From an uncultured virus (IMG/VR IMGVR_UViG_3300017992_000618) (taxonomy: Duplodnaviria; Heunggongvirae; Uroviricota; Caudoviricetes): DNA of 64,000 nucleotides. The stretch lies in IMG/VR virus record IMGVR_UViG_3300017992_000618. One strand, given 5' to 3'. Position 1 is the stretch's first letter. Each line of letters opens with the position of its first letter. The position numbers and the translations under genes were made by a program. Under the pieces are notes generated by a model. It saw only the letters and a list, made by a program, of their open reading frames with translations. It searched no databases and was not told the DNA's origin. Shown here piece after piece: positions 26,582-35,753 of the stretch.

Positions 26582-27016
26582 TTAATCATCCCATAGGCTC
26601 TTCCGACCAGAATAAATGTCATCTAGAAATTTATCAAACTCAGTCTTACGATACTTAGTAGTCTTCCCACTATGTAATGAAGTAAGTTGCTGAGCTTTCG
26701 CTATATTCTCCTTGTCTGTGTTTTCATCAATGTCAATAGGAACTTTTATTTCATTAAGACGGTTGAGTAATTCAGCTTTTTGTCTTTCTTCAGCTGCTAA
26801 CTCAGCGCCAAGACTTAATCCCATGCCGAGTGAAACTGCGTCAAACCCCTCAGCTATTTCTGGGTCTTCCATCATTGATCTACCTACTGGTTCTTCTTCC
26901 TCTCCAGCATAATATTCATCAAATAAAAGTTCTTCAGCATTATCTAGAAAGCTATCTTCATCTTCAAACACATAGGAAAATTCTCCTGCCGATCCGGTAT
27001 CATCAAAATCATTCAT
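26582..27016 (-). CDS. Acidic hypothetical protein
   Basis: AGGA RBS before ATG 27016 (MNDFDD...); the upstream in-frame extension overlaps the structured RNA region. Confidence 0.65.
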   Translation of the reverse strand: MNDFDDTGSAGEFSYVFEDEDSFLDNAEELLFDEYYAGEEEEPVGRSMMEDPEIAEGFDAVSLGMGLSLGAELAAEERQKAELLNRLNEIKVPIDIDENTDKENIAKAQQLTSLHSGKTTKYRKTEFDKFLDDIYSGRKSLWDD

Positions 27017-27029
27017 AATTTTTCCTAAT

Positions 27030-27790
27030 TGAAGTGTATTAGACCATGTCTTACGTCTTGTGATAAGCACATAGTGATTAGAGCTGAGTATGTAATCAAC
27101 CCCCAACCTGTACTGCGACGTTATCATTTGCCAGCTACATCGCATGTTCTGCTTTCGCATAAGCAGATAAAACTAAGGTCAAGATTTAACGAACAGCAAT
27201 AATCACATAGTACTTATCTGGGTTCGGGAAAGTTCAATAACGGGTACAGCTGAACCCGTTTCCGTATAAACGGAAAGTCTCCAACCGAATGTTGATATAT
27301 AGTTGCGCTGTAAACTTCCCCATTTCTAATATATTTATTAGAAATATAGTTGTGGTAGACGAGTGCGAGTTTCTCGTCTACCTTTAAATAGAAGGAGATC
27401 TTGCATCGGTACTAATTGTGGTACCTTGTTAGCCTTGTTTTTTACCGAGAACAAGGCTCTAAAACTCAGCCCACCCCAACCCACACGTTCCTACGCTCTT
27501 TCACTAATACTTAAAGGCTTATTCCATAGGATATACGGCGGCGTGTAATCGTACTGGCTGTTTCGCTACTTCGGGGTTCAGCGCAAGTGCTTAATAACGT
27601 TTTCGCTACTTTGGTTTTCGATTGTTACGTCCCGATGGTCCGGTATATAAACTCAGTGTACCAGCTTGAGAAAGAACATTTCGACTCACTCTTTCATAAC
27701 AGAGTCTTGTCATCTCTGCTCCAGAGGGAGTGTTCTCCTTAGACTTAGCTTAGGGGTTTCTACCCGAGCATATCTAAGGAAGATATTTCT
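27030..27790 (-). ncRNA. Candidate giant structured ncRNA (GOLLD/ROOL-like)
   Basis: No credible ORF; many hairpins; long-range pairs GGGCUGAGU (27472-27464)/ACUCAGCUC (27089-27081) and 27200-27218/27062-27080; boundaries approximate. Confidence 0.55.
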
Positions 27791-27936
27791 TGAGAGAGGC
27801 AGGGAGTTGAACCCTATGGCTGAGCTTAAGGTGCTGCCATTGTGACCCATTCTCGAGAACTGACGTCCACAGGCTCAAGAATTCATTGGAGACGAATACT
27901 TGATTAGGCCCACGGTCTGCTCTGTCACACCTCTCG
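27791..27936 (-). ncRNA. tRNA-like element with a greatly expanded D-arm
   Basis: GAGAGG/CCUCUC acceptor-like stem, UAGGG-UUCAACU-CCCUG T arm, UGUGAC/GUCACA stem enclosing about 75 nt, AUGGC/GCCAU arm without a canonical anticodon loop. Confidence 0.5.
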
Positions 27937-27950
27937 GTTTGTGTGTCCTA

Positions 27951-28015
27951 TAATCTGGCAGGGATTCGAACCCCACTTCTTTCAATACTAAAGTCCCATG
28001 TTTCCACCAGGGTTA
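27951..28015 (-). other. Degenerate tRNA-like element (T arm plus acceptor-like stem)
   Basis: GGGG-UUCGAAU-CCCU T arm and CUGGU/GCCAG stem; no recognisable D or anticodon arm. Confidence 0.35.
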
Positions 28016-28372
28016 CCTGATGTTTGGTTTTGTTTGCACTCTACCCAGCGGTAGACGGGTGCGCACTCAGAAACACACTACCAACACGACAAGGCACATT
28101 TTGTATCCAAGGGCGCTGGGCCCACGCGCCCACAATTTTTGTCGCTTAGTACTGATTGTATTATTGTCCTGATATATACTACAGACCAGGCATGGGTCAC
28201 GTTGTCCAGTTAACCTTTTCGCATCAGGCGACGGTGTGCCGCATAAATTTGATGTTACTAAGTGATTACCGTCGAATTGTAACCCTCACACAATATGTTA
28301 AACACCTCCGAAAGTATAGTTGGTTAATAAACATCCCATCCACCCACCATCCTTGTACGAACCCAACATGCT

Positions 28373-28570
28373 TTATTTGAGGTGTATAAATTTAGCGAAG
28401 TCTTCTAACTTATTAACTACAAGTAAGTCAGATATCTTGGCATCATGCCATTCCAATGATTCATGTAGCCCATCACTACCATCATATCTATGGCACAGCC
28501 ATTCCATCTGAAGTATTAGTTTGTATCCAAACTTACTCTGTCTGAATCTAAACTTACCTGTAGGTTTCAT
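28373..28570 (-). CDS. Small hypothetical protein
   Basis: AGGAG RBS; ATGA overlap with the CCA-enzyme stop codon. Confidence 0.6.
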   Translation of the reverse strand: MKPTGKFRFRQSKFGYKLILQMEWLCHRYDGSDGLHESLEWHDAKISDLLVVNKLEDFAKFIHLK

Positions 28571-30072
28571 TTGACTGACTCCTGGTAAAGATATTCAGTT
28601 GCTAATTTCAACAAACTGAGCCTGTTGTTAAGCTGTTTGTTTTCTCTTGCCTTATCGAGGATGTAATTAAGGATATCCCCCACCTTCTGAGATGGTTTAA
28701 GCTGGAACGTAGACATAATGATATTACCATCAATATCTAAGTCCTTAATTTCAAGACTTGCTCCGCGCTCATAGACAGTCTTTATTCTCTCCTCAAAGTC
28801 CTTCTGTTTTTCCGTTACGGCAGTGGTTTTCAACCCATTACCTAGCCTCTCTGCCTGTCTCAAACGGAACAGAGGAATATTGCCGAGATCATCAATGTTG
28901 TCATCATTGATCTTAGCTTTCTTTATGAATCTACGTACGGCATTGTCAGTCCAACCACTAGCCACTTCTACAGCGGAATTACATATAGGACATACATCAT
29001 CCTTAAGTCCCTCTGGAAAGGCACTTACAGGACGAGCCCACTTGCAATCCTCTGCTGTACACTTGTATACATCACTGGTGTAATGGTACATATGTAGTTG
29101 TACTAGTTTACCAACAGCAGTAATAGTAGCATTGTCATACTTCAACCGTGTTAGTGCGATCTTAGTAAGACTTGCTCCTACTGATTCATGTTTATGAAAT
29201 GTTATTCTATCTCCAATAAACTTCCGAGTATCAGGTTTACCAATATCATGTAGTAATGCAGCCAACCTAATGTTTAAATCAAGCTCTGCATTATCACAGG
29301 CATAAATGCTATGCGTAAACACATCATACTTATGATATCGTCTATCCTGTTTCACCCCGATACATCTCTCCAGCTCAGGCAGTACATAGCCAAGCATGTT
29401 GAGTCTGTTCATCAGTTTAAAGGATTTAGATGGTTTCTTACTGAGTAGCACCTTGTTAAGATGGTCTCGTATGTTCTCAAACGGTATAGTTTCTAACAGA
29501 TCTACCATATGAGGAATCACACCCAGTATTTCTTCTGATAAAGTATAACCTGTTGAGGCAGCCAATGTAACGGCTCTCAACATGCGTACTGGTGATTCCT
29601 TGAACCTGTCAACTGCAGATCCATTAGTATTGATAGTACGATTCATAATATCAACTTTACCACCTGTTATATCTATCACATCGTTACGTGATTTATAATC
29701 TACAGGTAGGTACAGTGCGTTGATACGGAAGTCTCTGTATTGACAATCCTGCTTTAGAGAATTCCTTGAATCAGGTATCTGTCTTTTGCCCCGACGAGGC
29801 TGGGTAATCTGAGCTTCTTGCTTGTCGCCTTTAGCTCTGAAATATACCATAGATATAGTAGCCGCATTGCCCTTACTGGACAACCTAACAACCTTTACTG
29901 ACCCATGTTTCTTAAGGAACTTCCTTATGTCTTTCAAAGTCAGCTTACGAACAACTACATCTAGATCATCGTTCTTTTTCTTTCGTAAGAGGTCTCTTAC
30001 ATAACCCCCAACAAGGTACACTTCGGCTTTAGTCTCATTCTGAAGCCGTTGTAACACTTGTAAAGTCTTCAA
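28567..30072 (-). CDS. tRNA nucleotidyltransferase (CCA-adding / poly(A) polymerase family) with an HD domain
   Basis: YLVGGYVRDLL..DDLDVV, RDFRINAL, RFKESPVRMLRA, YHKYDVFTHS, AALLHDIGKP, C-terminal LDIDG..IM...PS..VG.IL. Confidence 0.92.
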   Translation of the reverse strand: MKTLQVLQRLQNETKAEVYLVGGYVRDLLRKKKNDDLDVVVRKLTLKDIRKFLKKHGSVKVVRLSSKGNAATISMVYFRAKGDKQEAQITQPRRGKRQIPDSRNSLKQDCQYRDFRINALYLPVDYKSRNDVIDITGGKVDIMNRTINTNGSAVDRFKESPVRMLRAVTLAASTGYTLSEEILGVIPHMVDLLETIPFENIRDHLNKVLLSKKPSKSFKLMNRLNMLGYVLPELERCIGVKQDRRYHKYDVFTHSIYACDNAELDLNIRLAALLHDIGKPDTRKFIGDRITFHKHESVGASLTKIALTRLKYDNATITAVGKLVQLHMYHYTSDVYKCTAEDCKWARPVSAFPEGLKDDVCPICNSAVEVASGWTDNAVRRFIKKAKINDDNIDDLGNIPLFRLRQAERLGNGLKTTAVTEKQKDFEERIKTVYERGASLEIKDLDIDGNIIMSTFQLKPSQKVGDILNYILDKARENKQLNNRLSLLKLATEYLYQESVK

Positions 30073-30226
30073 TCATATCACCTCCTTCTTTAATTCTTCT
30101 TTAACATCATTCAACGCCTCTTCAAATGTCTCAAACTCTACGATCCATTTGAAATACTCTGGAGGCATGTCCTCTTCCATACGTTCTAGAAGACTGGAAC
30201 CCTCCATAACTAATCGTCTTACAGCA

Positions 30227-31108
30227 TCACTTTTCATGAATCTCTGCCTCCATTACCTTTAGTAATCGGTCTCTAAATCGTTTAATTTTATAGTGAGACC
30301 AGTGAGGTGGTTTACCTAACTCCTCTGATATCTCCCTATATGTTTTACCTTCCATGATACCTTCGGCAATGGATAGTTCTTCATCATCCATATATTCTAC
30401 TATTTTATCTACTATTAATGCTGCCTCCATACGTTCGTTTTCTCTGAGCACCTCTTCTACTGATGGCCCAATAAGATCATCTACTGATACTGTGGGTATA
30501 TGTTCTACCCTATCGATAAAATCTTCATAGGTAATATGTGCTCTCTCTGCAGCATGAGTTAATTTGGTTATAAGGCTCTCTATTTTTTCCGTTATTTCCT
30601 TTGGTACATTATCGTTTATCGAGGCGTCATAAAGAACCTCATAACCAAGATTATAAACATCTAACAGCCTTTTAAAACGCGCCACCTGTTGGTGTGCTTT
30701 TCTTATATAGGACGGCACATGCACTGTTAGTGAGTTTTTTCTTACAAATTCATTCAATGAATCTTTAATACGAAAGATAGCATAATTTCTAAAACTATCA
30801 CTCTTATTTGGATCCCAGTCTCGTTTGGCTCTACTGAGACCTATTAAAGCCTCACCAAATAGATCACTTTTGGATACACCAGTGGCTTTAGCATATGATG
30901 AAGACATATTATTAAGAAGTCTATCATATTCCTTGTACAATGTCTCCGCCTCTTCAGAAGTATCAGCCAAAAAGAATTTTGGCATCTCTTCTTTGGTATA
31001 GACAACAGATTTCTTGATGAGGTCGTACTTAAAACCACCAACGTTTTTGTATCTACCATCATCATCGTCTGCTTCTTTCCATTTTACTGGTGTGCTCCTG
31101 AATGGCAT
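30227..31108 (-). CDS. Sigma-70 family RNA polymerase sigma factor
   Basis: Region 2 DLFGEALIGL.RA..DWDP....FRNYAIFRI...L.EFVR...TVHVP; region 4 HTH GKTYREISEELG. Confidence 0.85.
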   Translation of the reverse strand: MPFRSTPVKWKEADDDDGRYKNVGGFKYDLIKKSVVYTKEEMPKFFLADTSEEAETLYKEYDRLLNNMSSSYAKATGVSKSDLFGEALIGLSRAKRDWDPNKSDSFRNYAIFRIKDSLNEFVRKNSLTVHVPSYIRKAHQQVARFKRLLDVYNLGYEVLYDASINDNVPKEITEKIESLITKLTHAAERAHITYEDFIDRVEHIPTVSVDDLIGPSVEEVLRENERMEAALIVDKIVEYMDDEELSIAEGIMEGKTYREISEELGKPPHWSHYKIKRFRDRLLKVMEAEIHEK

Positions 31109-32094
31109 TATTTCCTCTCATATCCAACTTCTATCGTCATCTTGGATTTCTTCTTACCAAGATAACCTGATTCCATGAGGTAGTCTTCACCCTTTTTAGA
31201 AAGTATCCTACCCTTTCCACTTCTTTGAATAAGACCTTTCTGAATCAGGAATGGTTCAATAGATGTCAAAATAGTTTTTGGTGCTTCATTAACCACTATG
31301 GATAAGTTATCCAATCCAAGTGGTCCATCGGATTCATACAGTGCTTTGAGTATCTTCATCTCTATCTGAGTGAATCCATTTTCATCAATACCAAGTTGTT
31401 TAAAAACTAATTCGACTGCATGTAGCCCTACAAACTTTTCACCTCTAGCTATAGCCATATCTCTTGTTCTTCCGAGAAATCCAACAGCTAGCCTTGGTAC
31501 ACCTCTACTTCTTCTGGCGATGGCTTTTACAGAATCATAAGTAATAGGTATCTTAGATGTGTTTGCTTTCGCTGTAATGATATCTACTATCTCATCTTCT
31601 GAATACGGTTCGAAAACAAATCTCAGTTTAAACCTGTCTCTGAACGGTTTAGATAACTTACCATCATCAGTTGTAGCGCCAATGAGGGTGAAGTATGGAG
31701 TCCAATGTACCTGCCCAGGTACTCTGGCCTCTATCGTGTAATTCTCCATAGCTACACCTAATAATTCTTGACCATATAAAGGCAGCTGGTGAATTTCGTC
31801 AAGGAACAACACACTTGGTCTTATAGGCCCTAGTCTGTCGCCCATTGGACTATAATTGTTATGGTCTAAACGTTCGAGCACTTTTATAATTGAGTTGTAA
31901 TCTTTAAGATTTTTAGGAACCGCCGATACAATCTTCACATTGCGATGAGAAGCCACATATTTAGCCATGCTGGTCTTACCACAACCAGCAGCACCAGAGA
32001 ATAAAATATGAGGTAGCGCTTTGTTTCGTTTCTCCGCAGCTAGCGACGCTATCTTTATTTGTTCTTTTGTATTCTCATGGCCAATAATCTTCAT
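31108..32094 (-). CDS. ruvB: Holliday junction branch-migration ATPase RuvB
   Basis: LPHILFSGAAGCGKTS, LFLDEIH, FTLIGATT..G.LS.PFRDRF, RSRGVPRLA, GLDNL, IEPFLIQ.GLI.RS.KGR. Confidence 0.93.
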   Translation of the reverse strand: MKIIGHENTKEQIKIASLAAEKRNKALPHILFSGAAGCGKTSMAKYVASHRNVKIVSAVPKNLKDYNSIIKVLERLDHNNYSPMGDRLGPIRPSVLFLDEIHQLPLYGQELLGVAMENYTIEARVPGQVHWTPYFTLIGATTDDGKLSKPFRDRFKLRFVFEPYSEDEIVDIITAKANTSKIPITYDSVKAIARRSRGVPRLAVGFLGRTRDMAIARGEKFVGLHAVELVFKQLGIDENGFTQIEMKILKALYESDGPLGLDNLSIVVNEAPKTILTSIEPFLIQKGLIQRSGKGRILSKKGEDYLMESGYLGKKKSKMTIEVGYERK

Positions 32095-32105
32095 GTATTA
32101 CCTCT

Positions 32106-32867
32106 CTACATCATATAATGACCCGCGTAATCATCTTCTTGCGCATCAGTTTTATCATCTTCCGGTTCATCATCAACTGGAAGTTCAGGCAACTCCGGTA
32201 CATATGTCCCACCCATGATCTCATCTATCTTTGCCTGCATCGTTTCCAATGCCTCTTTGGTCGGTTTTTTACCAGAGCTCCTCTTTAATACTGTCATTTC
32301 AGGCTCTTTCTTTTGATAGTTATAACCAGTGTTATGGTTATATCCCTGATTATAACCACTAGTATGATTGTACCCACATGCTGCTGAAGTATTCCGCCGA
32401 TTTGTTCTCGTAGAGGTGTCTTTCTTCTTCTCCTCTGTTGAAACTTTATCAGACGGTATATCTGTATAAGCAGCCACGTCTATAATATCCTCATCATTTT
32501 TATACATCCTCTCATCTTCTCTCATTTCCTCGAGAAGCTTGATGAGTTTCTTGTGAGCTTTTTCCTGATCATCATCTTCTTTTGTGAAGAAGATAAGCTC
32601 TTTGACATCATTCTTTAAGGCTTCGATATGCATAACATCATAGTATTTGGTATTGTAGAGGGAAGTTACCGGCTGAGCCTTGCTTGTGGATGTAGCACCG
32701 GCTTTCTCATAATACAGGATATAGAATTCATCCGCCTCTTTCTTCGGATCTTTCTCTTCCTTAGTAGTTATACCGCTGAAGAGACCACGCACTACGTCAA
32801 ATTTACTGTCAGTGGTGCTGATCAATTCCAGATATACATATTTTAATGCGTGCTGTCCTTTAGACAT
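32106..32867 (-). CDS. Hypothetical acidic protein
   Basis: 253-aa ORF with short GYN(H/Q) repeats. Confidence 0.65.
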   Translation of the reverse strand: MSKGQHALKYVYLELISTTDSKFDVVRGLFSGITTKEEKDPKKEADEFYILYYEKAGATSTSKAQPVTSLYNTKYYDVMHIEALKNDVKELIFFTKEDDDQEKAHKKLIKLLEEMREDERMYKNDEDIIDVAAYTDIPSDKVSTEEKKKDTSTRTNRRNTSAACGYNHTSGYNQGYNHNTGYNYQKKEPEMTVLKRSSGKKPTKEALETMQAKIDEIMGGTYVPELPELPVDDEPEDDKTDAQEDDYAGHYMM

Positions 32868-33288
32868 GGCTCAATTCCCTCCCCATTGTTATTACGTAGT
32901 GATCTCTAGACCACTTACGTCCTATTGCGTTGAATCCCAAACTCATAGCCATACGTAGGCTTGGTGTATTATCATCCCTTATAGTCATGTATACATGTTG
33001 AGTATTACACATATTAACCGCCAGATTTACCAGCCGCTTAGCTATACCACAGCACCGCCGCTCAGGTATAACACACACATGCATTATTTTACTCAAATTT
33101 TTAAACTCTTTGAGAAAACCAGCACAGCCAACTACTCTGGAGCCCTCTATCTCTACCACATAGCTGGCTGCACTGTTTTTAATGGCGAAAGGTGTGTGTT
33201 TAACATACCATCTGTTATACTGGTTTACCAGAGATGCTATTTGAACAGACATCTCATCAGTAGATAATGATGTGTAAAATTCACCCAT
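32860..33288 (-). CDS. GNAT acetyltransferase
   Basis: VVGC, VCV.PE.R..GIAKRLV, DN.PSL.....LGF. Confidence 0.85.
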   Translation of the reverse strand: MGEFYTSLSTDEMSVQIASLVNQYNRWYVKHTPFAIKNSAASYVVEIEGSRVVGCAGFLKEFKNLSKIMHVCVIPERRCCGIAKRLVNLAVNMCNTQHVYMTIRDDNTPSLRMAMSLGFNAIGRKWSRDHYVITMGRELSHV

Positions 33289-33293
33289 AATAC

Positions 33294-34391
33294 TTACTTC
33301 CCACCAAACATCCTGTTAAATACTTTATCCAGGACTTCAGCTTCATCATCAGATTCCACACTATCGATCATTTCAGCCATCAGATGTCCCTTGCTCTTGA
33401 GTCTCTCAACAGCGGAGCCCATCCTCTTGGCCTTCAGTGCAGATGTTGCTTTGGTTTCTTTCTTGGCGACTGGTTTCGCCGCAGCCTTTTTCGGCACCAG
33501 AAGCTCATCGAGTTTCTCATCAAAAGCTTTCACATACGCCTTGAATGGTGTTTCTTCCAGGCCGGGGCCAGTATTGACCTCAATAATCCATGGATGGTTG
33601 TCCATATCGAGAACACAATCAACAGCACCGAACTGAAGATTGAGTGCGGCCACTGCTTTGATAGCTTCTTCCTCCAGAGCCTTATTGATCTTGGTAATCC
33701 TGGAGAATTTCCACCCTATGTTGTTCCGCAGTGTCGCATCGGCACCGTCTAACTGTTGCGCCTGTCTTTCCAACATAAAAGTTGCGGTGCCTTCGTCGAA
33801 GGCTTCGCCCTTCTTCTCGGCCAAGCGTTTCATCTTGTCCAGATTCTTGCGTACATAGGCAGCCCTGACCTCTTCTTGGGTCCTTTCTACCTTTTTTACT
33901 GCATGAATGACCTTGTCCCCGAATACATGGAGTCTGAATTCCGTTTTGATTTCGACCAATTCCTGCAGATATCCCGCACCCTGCTCCGCAGCCTTGTCGA
34001 CACTCATTTTTGTCGGGCATAACCAAAATCCTTTCCCACCTTGGTGATATTTCTTCCGAGCGATGGCAGGTAAGGTGATGTTGCCGGCATCCAGCGCCGT
34101 TTTTGTGCTACCGATAGGTACGTATCTCGGTACCTTTACGCCGGCGTCCTGCATTACATCCAGGGCAGCCAGTTTATTTCTGTTTGTCCTGATATTGTCA
34201 GGATGATTCAAGACCGGAATCTTACCGAGGTTAACCGAATCTTTCGTTTTGGCACCCCATCCGATGACCGCAGAGGCTGATTTGTTTTTAGGTTTAACCC
34301 TCCCACACTTCACACCTAGTGCTTCTGCCAACGCCTGCCCTGTTACATCTGTCGCTCCACTAAACCAAATATAAGCATTATCTTTACTCAT
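33294..34391 (-). CDS. ATP-grasp ligase (phiEco32-type) with a helical insertion
   Basis: VIGWG, LNHP..I...RNKL, HQGGKGF, EFRLHVF, FGAVD...WIIEVNTGPGL. Confidence 0.9.
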   Translation of the reverse strand: MSKDNAYIWFSGATDVTGQALAEALGVKCGRVKPKNKSASAVIGWGAKTKDSVNLGKIPVLNHPDNIRTNRNKLAALDVMQDAGVKVPRYVPIGSTKTALDAGNITLPAIARKKYHQGGKGFWLCPTKMSVDKAAEQGAGYLQELVEIKTEFRLHVFGDKVIHAVKKVERTQEEVRAAYVRKNLDKMKRLAEKKGEAFDEGTATFMLERQAQQLDGADATLRNNIGWKFSRITKINKALEEEAIKAVAALNLQFGAVDCVLDMDNHPWIIEVNTGPGLEETPFKAYVKAFDEKLDELLVPKKAAAKPVAKKETKATSALKAKRMGSAVERLKSKGHLMAEMIDSVESDDEAEVLDKVFNRMFGGK

Positions 34392-34428
34392 GTCAAGACC
34401 TCCATCTAATTTTTTTTAATTTATTTAG

Positions 34429-34450
34429 AAACATTTCGACCACGATCAGA
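34429..34450 (-). repeat. Repeated 22-bp intergenic motif, copy 1 (copy 2 at 50241-50262)
   Basis: aaacatttcgaccacgatcaga vs aaacctttcgaccatgatcaga (20/22 identical); on the - strand each copy is followed by ATTAAAAAAA. Confidence 0.6.
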
Positions 34451-35750
34451 CGTCGACCAGAAATTTCTTCTTCTTCAACCAGTTGTTCTGGATTTGTTTA
34501 TCGAAGCTAGAAAAGTGTTTGGGTGGCAGTGCCAGGAGCTCATACAGAGCATCAATATATTTATGATACTTCTTGTATGTGGTCAGTTGTTTCATCCCGC
34601 TATACCACGTCCTGAGATATTTGGTGCTAATATCAGTGCATTTAGATGCATTGAGGACACGAGTCATTTCCTTAGAGCTTTTAACACAACCCAAGTCCCT
34701 GGTGAGTGGGATGTCTCCCCAGCTATTAAAATTGCTGTGAAACAGGCTGGATTGTCTATAATCACTTGGAATAATATATTTTTTGGCATACTTATGTTCA
34801 GCGACCAGTTTAAATACTTCATTTATAATCGCTTTTGCTGTACCGAGCACGCATTTGGCTAATGATGGGTGGCTTAACCACATACCACTTAAAGTCCTAT
34901 GTTCTAACCGTCCATTACACACTCTCCACTCACCAAAGTACCCATATTTACCCATGGTACATTTAGTACGTCTTGCCGAACCAAGTTCAGCACCATCTAG
35001 ACGAATCATCGGCAATGCCAACAACTCATCTATGATCTTGTTCAATATTTTAAAGAAGTATTCACGATCATTACCTGGCAACTTAGCAATTCTGACAGGA
35101 TTACCAATATGGATATGGCCACCGATTGGGAAATCTCTACGGTGATCTTTGAAATAACAACCACACATCCATTTGAATTGTTTGATACCTTTGGTAAGAT
35201 CCTTATCTCTGAACACCCGTTCGATGTTTTTAACTAGTTGATCTGGTGTAATGGCAGGATCAGGTCTTACTTCCGCCATAGCCCCATCATATCCAAGAGG
35301 GCCGTAATGTGGTAATACACCATCTCTATTGGCATAGAATGGATTGTCGCCATCAAACAAAAGGAATTCTGGATCAGCTCCAATTATTGTATCATTGATA
35401 TTATCTGCCACCCAAATATTCTCACATGAATTACTGTTGTCTCCAACAATCAGGTTGTAAGTTTTAGATGTGACAAAACCAACGCGTCTCAACTCATTTG
35501 GAGTCATGCCCTTCTCTCGAAGAACACGAATGTCCGCTGAGAACGCTTTGAATATTGTCAAGAGCTTGGTCTTGTGGAGTCTATCCTCAACTTTACCTGA
35601 ATCAGGATATACCTCCACCTTGTTGTCCTTGAACCCCATATGGTCTCTTGCCGCCTGGCTCATTCTAACAAGGCTGTTTTCATTTCGTCCCTTTTTCTTG
35701 TTAGTGTCCATTTTCTCAGATCTAACCAGAATAAGACTTTCTTTTCCCAT
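34446..35750 (-). CDS. phiEco32-like COOH-NH2 ligase type 2 with an extra N-terminal domain
   Basis: IGADPEF, GYDG..AEVRPDP, GGHIHIG, RR.....YG..GEWR, EHRTLS..WL..P. Confidence 0.9.
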   Translation of the reverse strand: MGKESLILVRSEKMDTNKKKGRNENSLVRMSQAARDHMGFKDNKVEVYPDSGKVEDRLHKTKLLTIFKAFSADIRVLREKGMTPNELRRVGFVTSKTYNLIVGDNSNSCENIWVADNINDTIIGADPEFLLFDGDNPFYANRDGVLPHYGPLGYDGAMAEVRPDPAITPDQLVKNIERVFRDKDLTKGIKQFKWMCGCYFKDHRRDFPIGGHIHIGNPVRIAKLPGNDREYFFKILNKIIDELLALPMIRLDGAELGSARRTKCTMGKYGYFGEWRVCNGRLEHRTLSGMWLSHPSLAKCVLGTAKAIINEVFKLVAEHKYAKKYIIPSDYRQSSLFHSNFNSWGDIPLTRDLGCVKSSKEMTRVLNASKCTDISTKYLRTWYSGMKQLTTYKKYHKYIDALYELLALPPKHFSSFDKQIQNNWLKKKKFLVDV

Positions 35751-35753
35751 GAT

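Noticed and set aside
27017..27160. N-terminal extension of ORF 26582..27160
   Set aside because: A good RBS precedes ATG 27016, and the extension coincides with the helices of the candidate ncRNA
28200..28230. Hammerhead-like CUGAUG...GAAA on the - strand
   Set aside because: It reads CUGAUGC-GAAA with no stem II and lacks the invariant CUGANGA core
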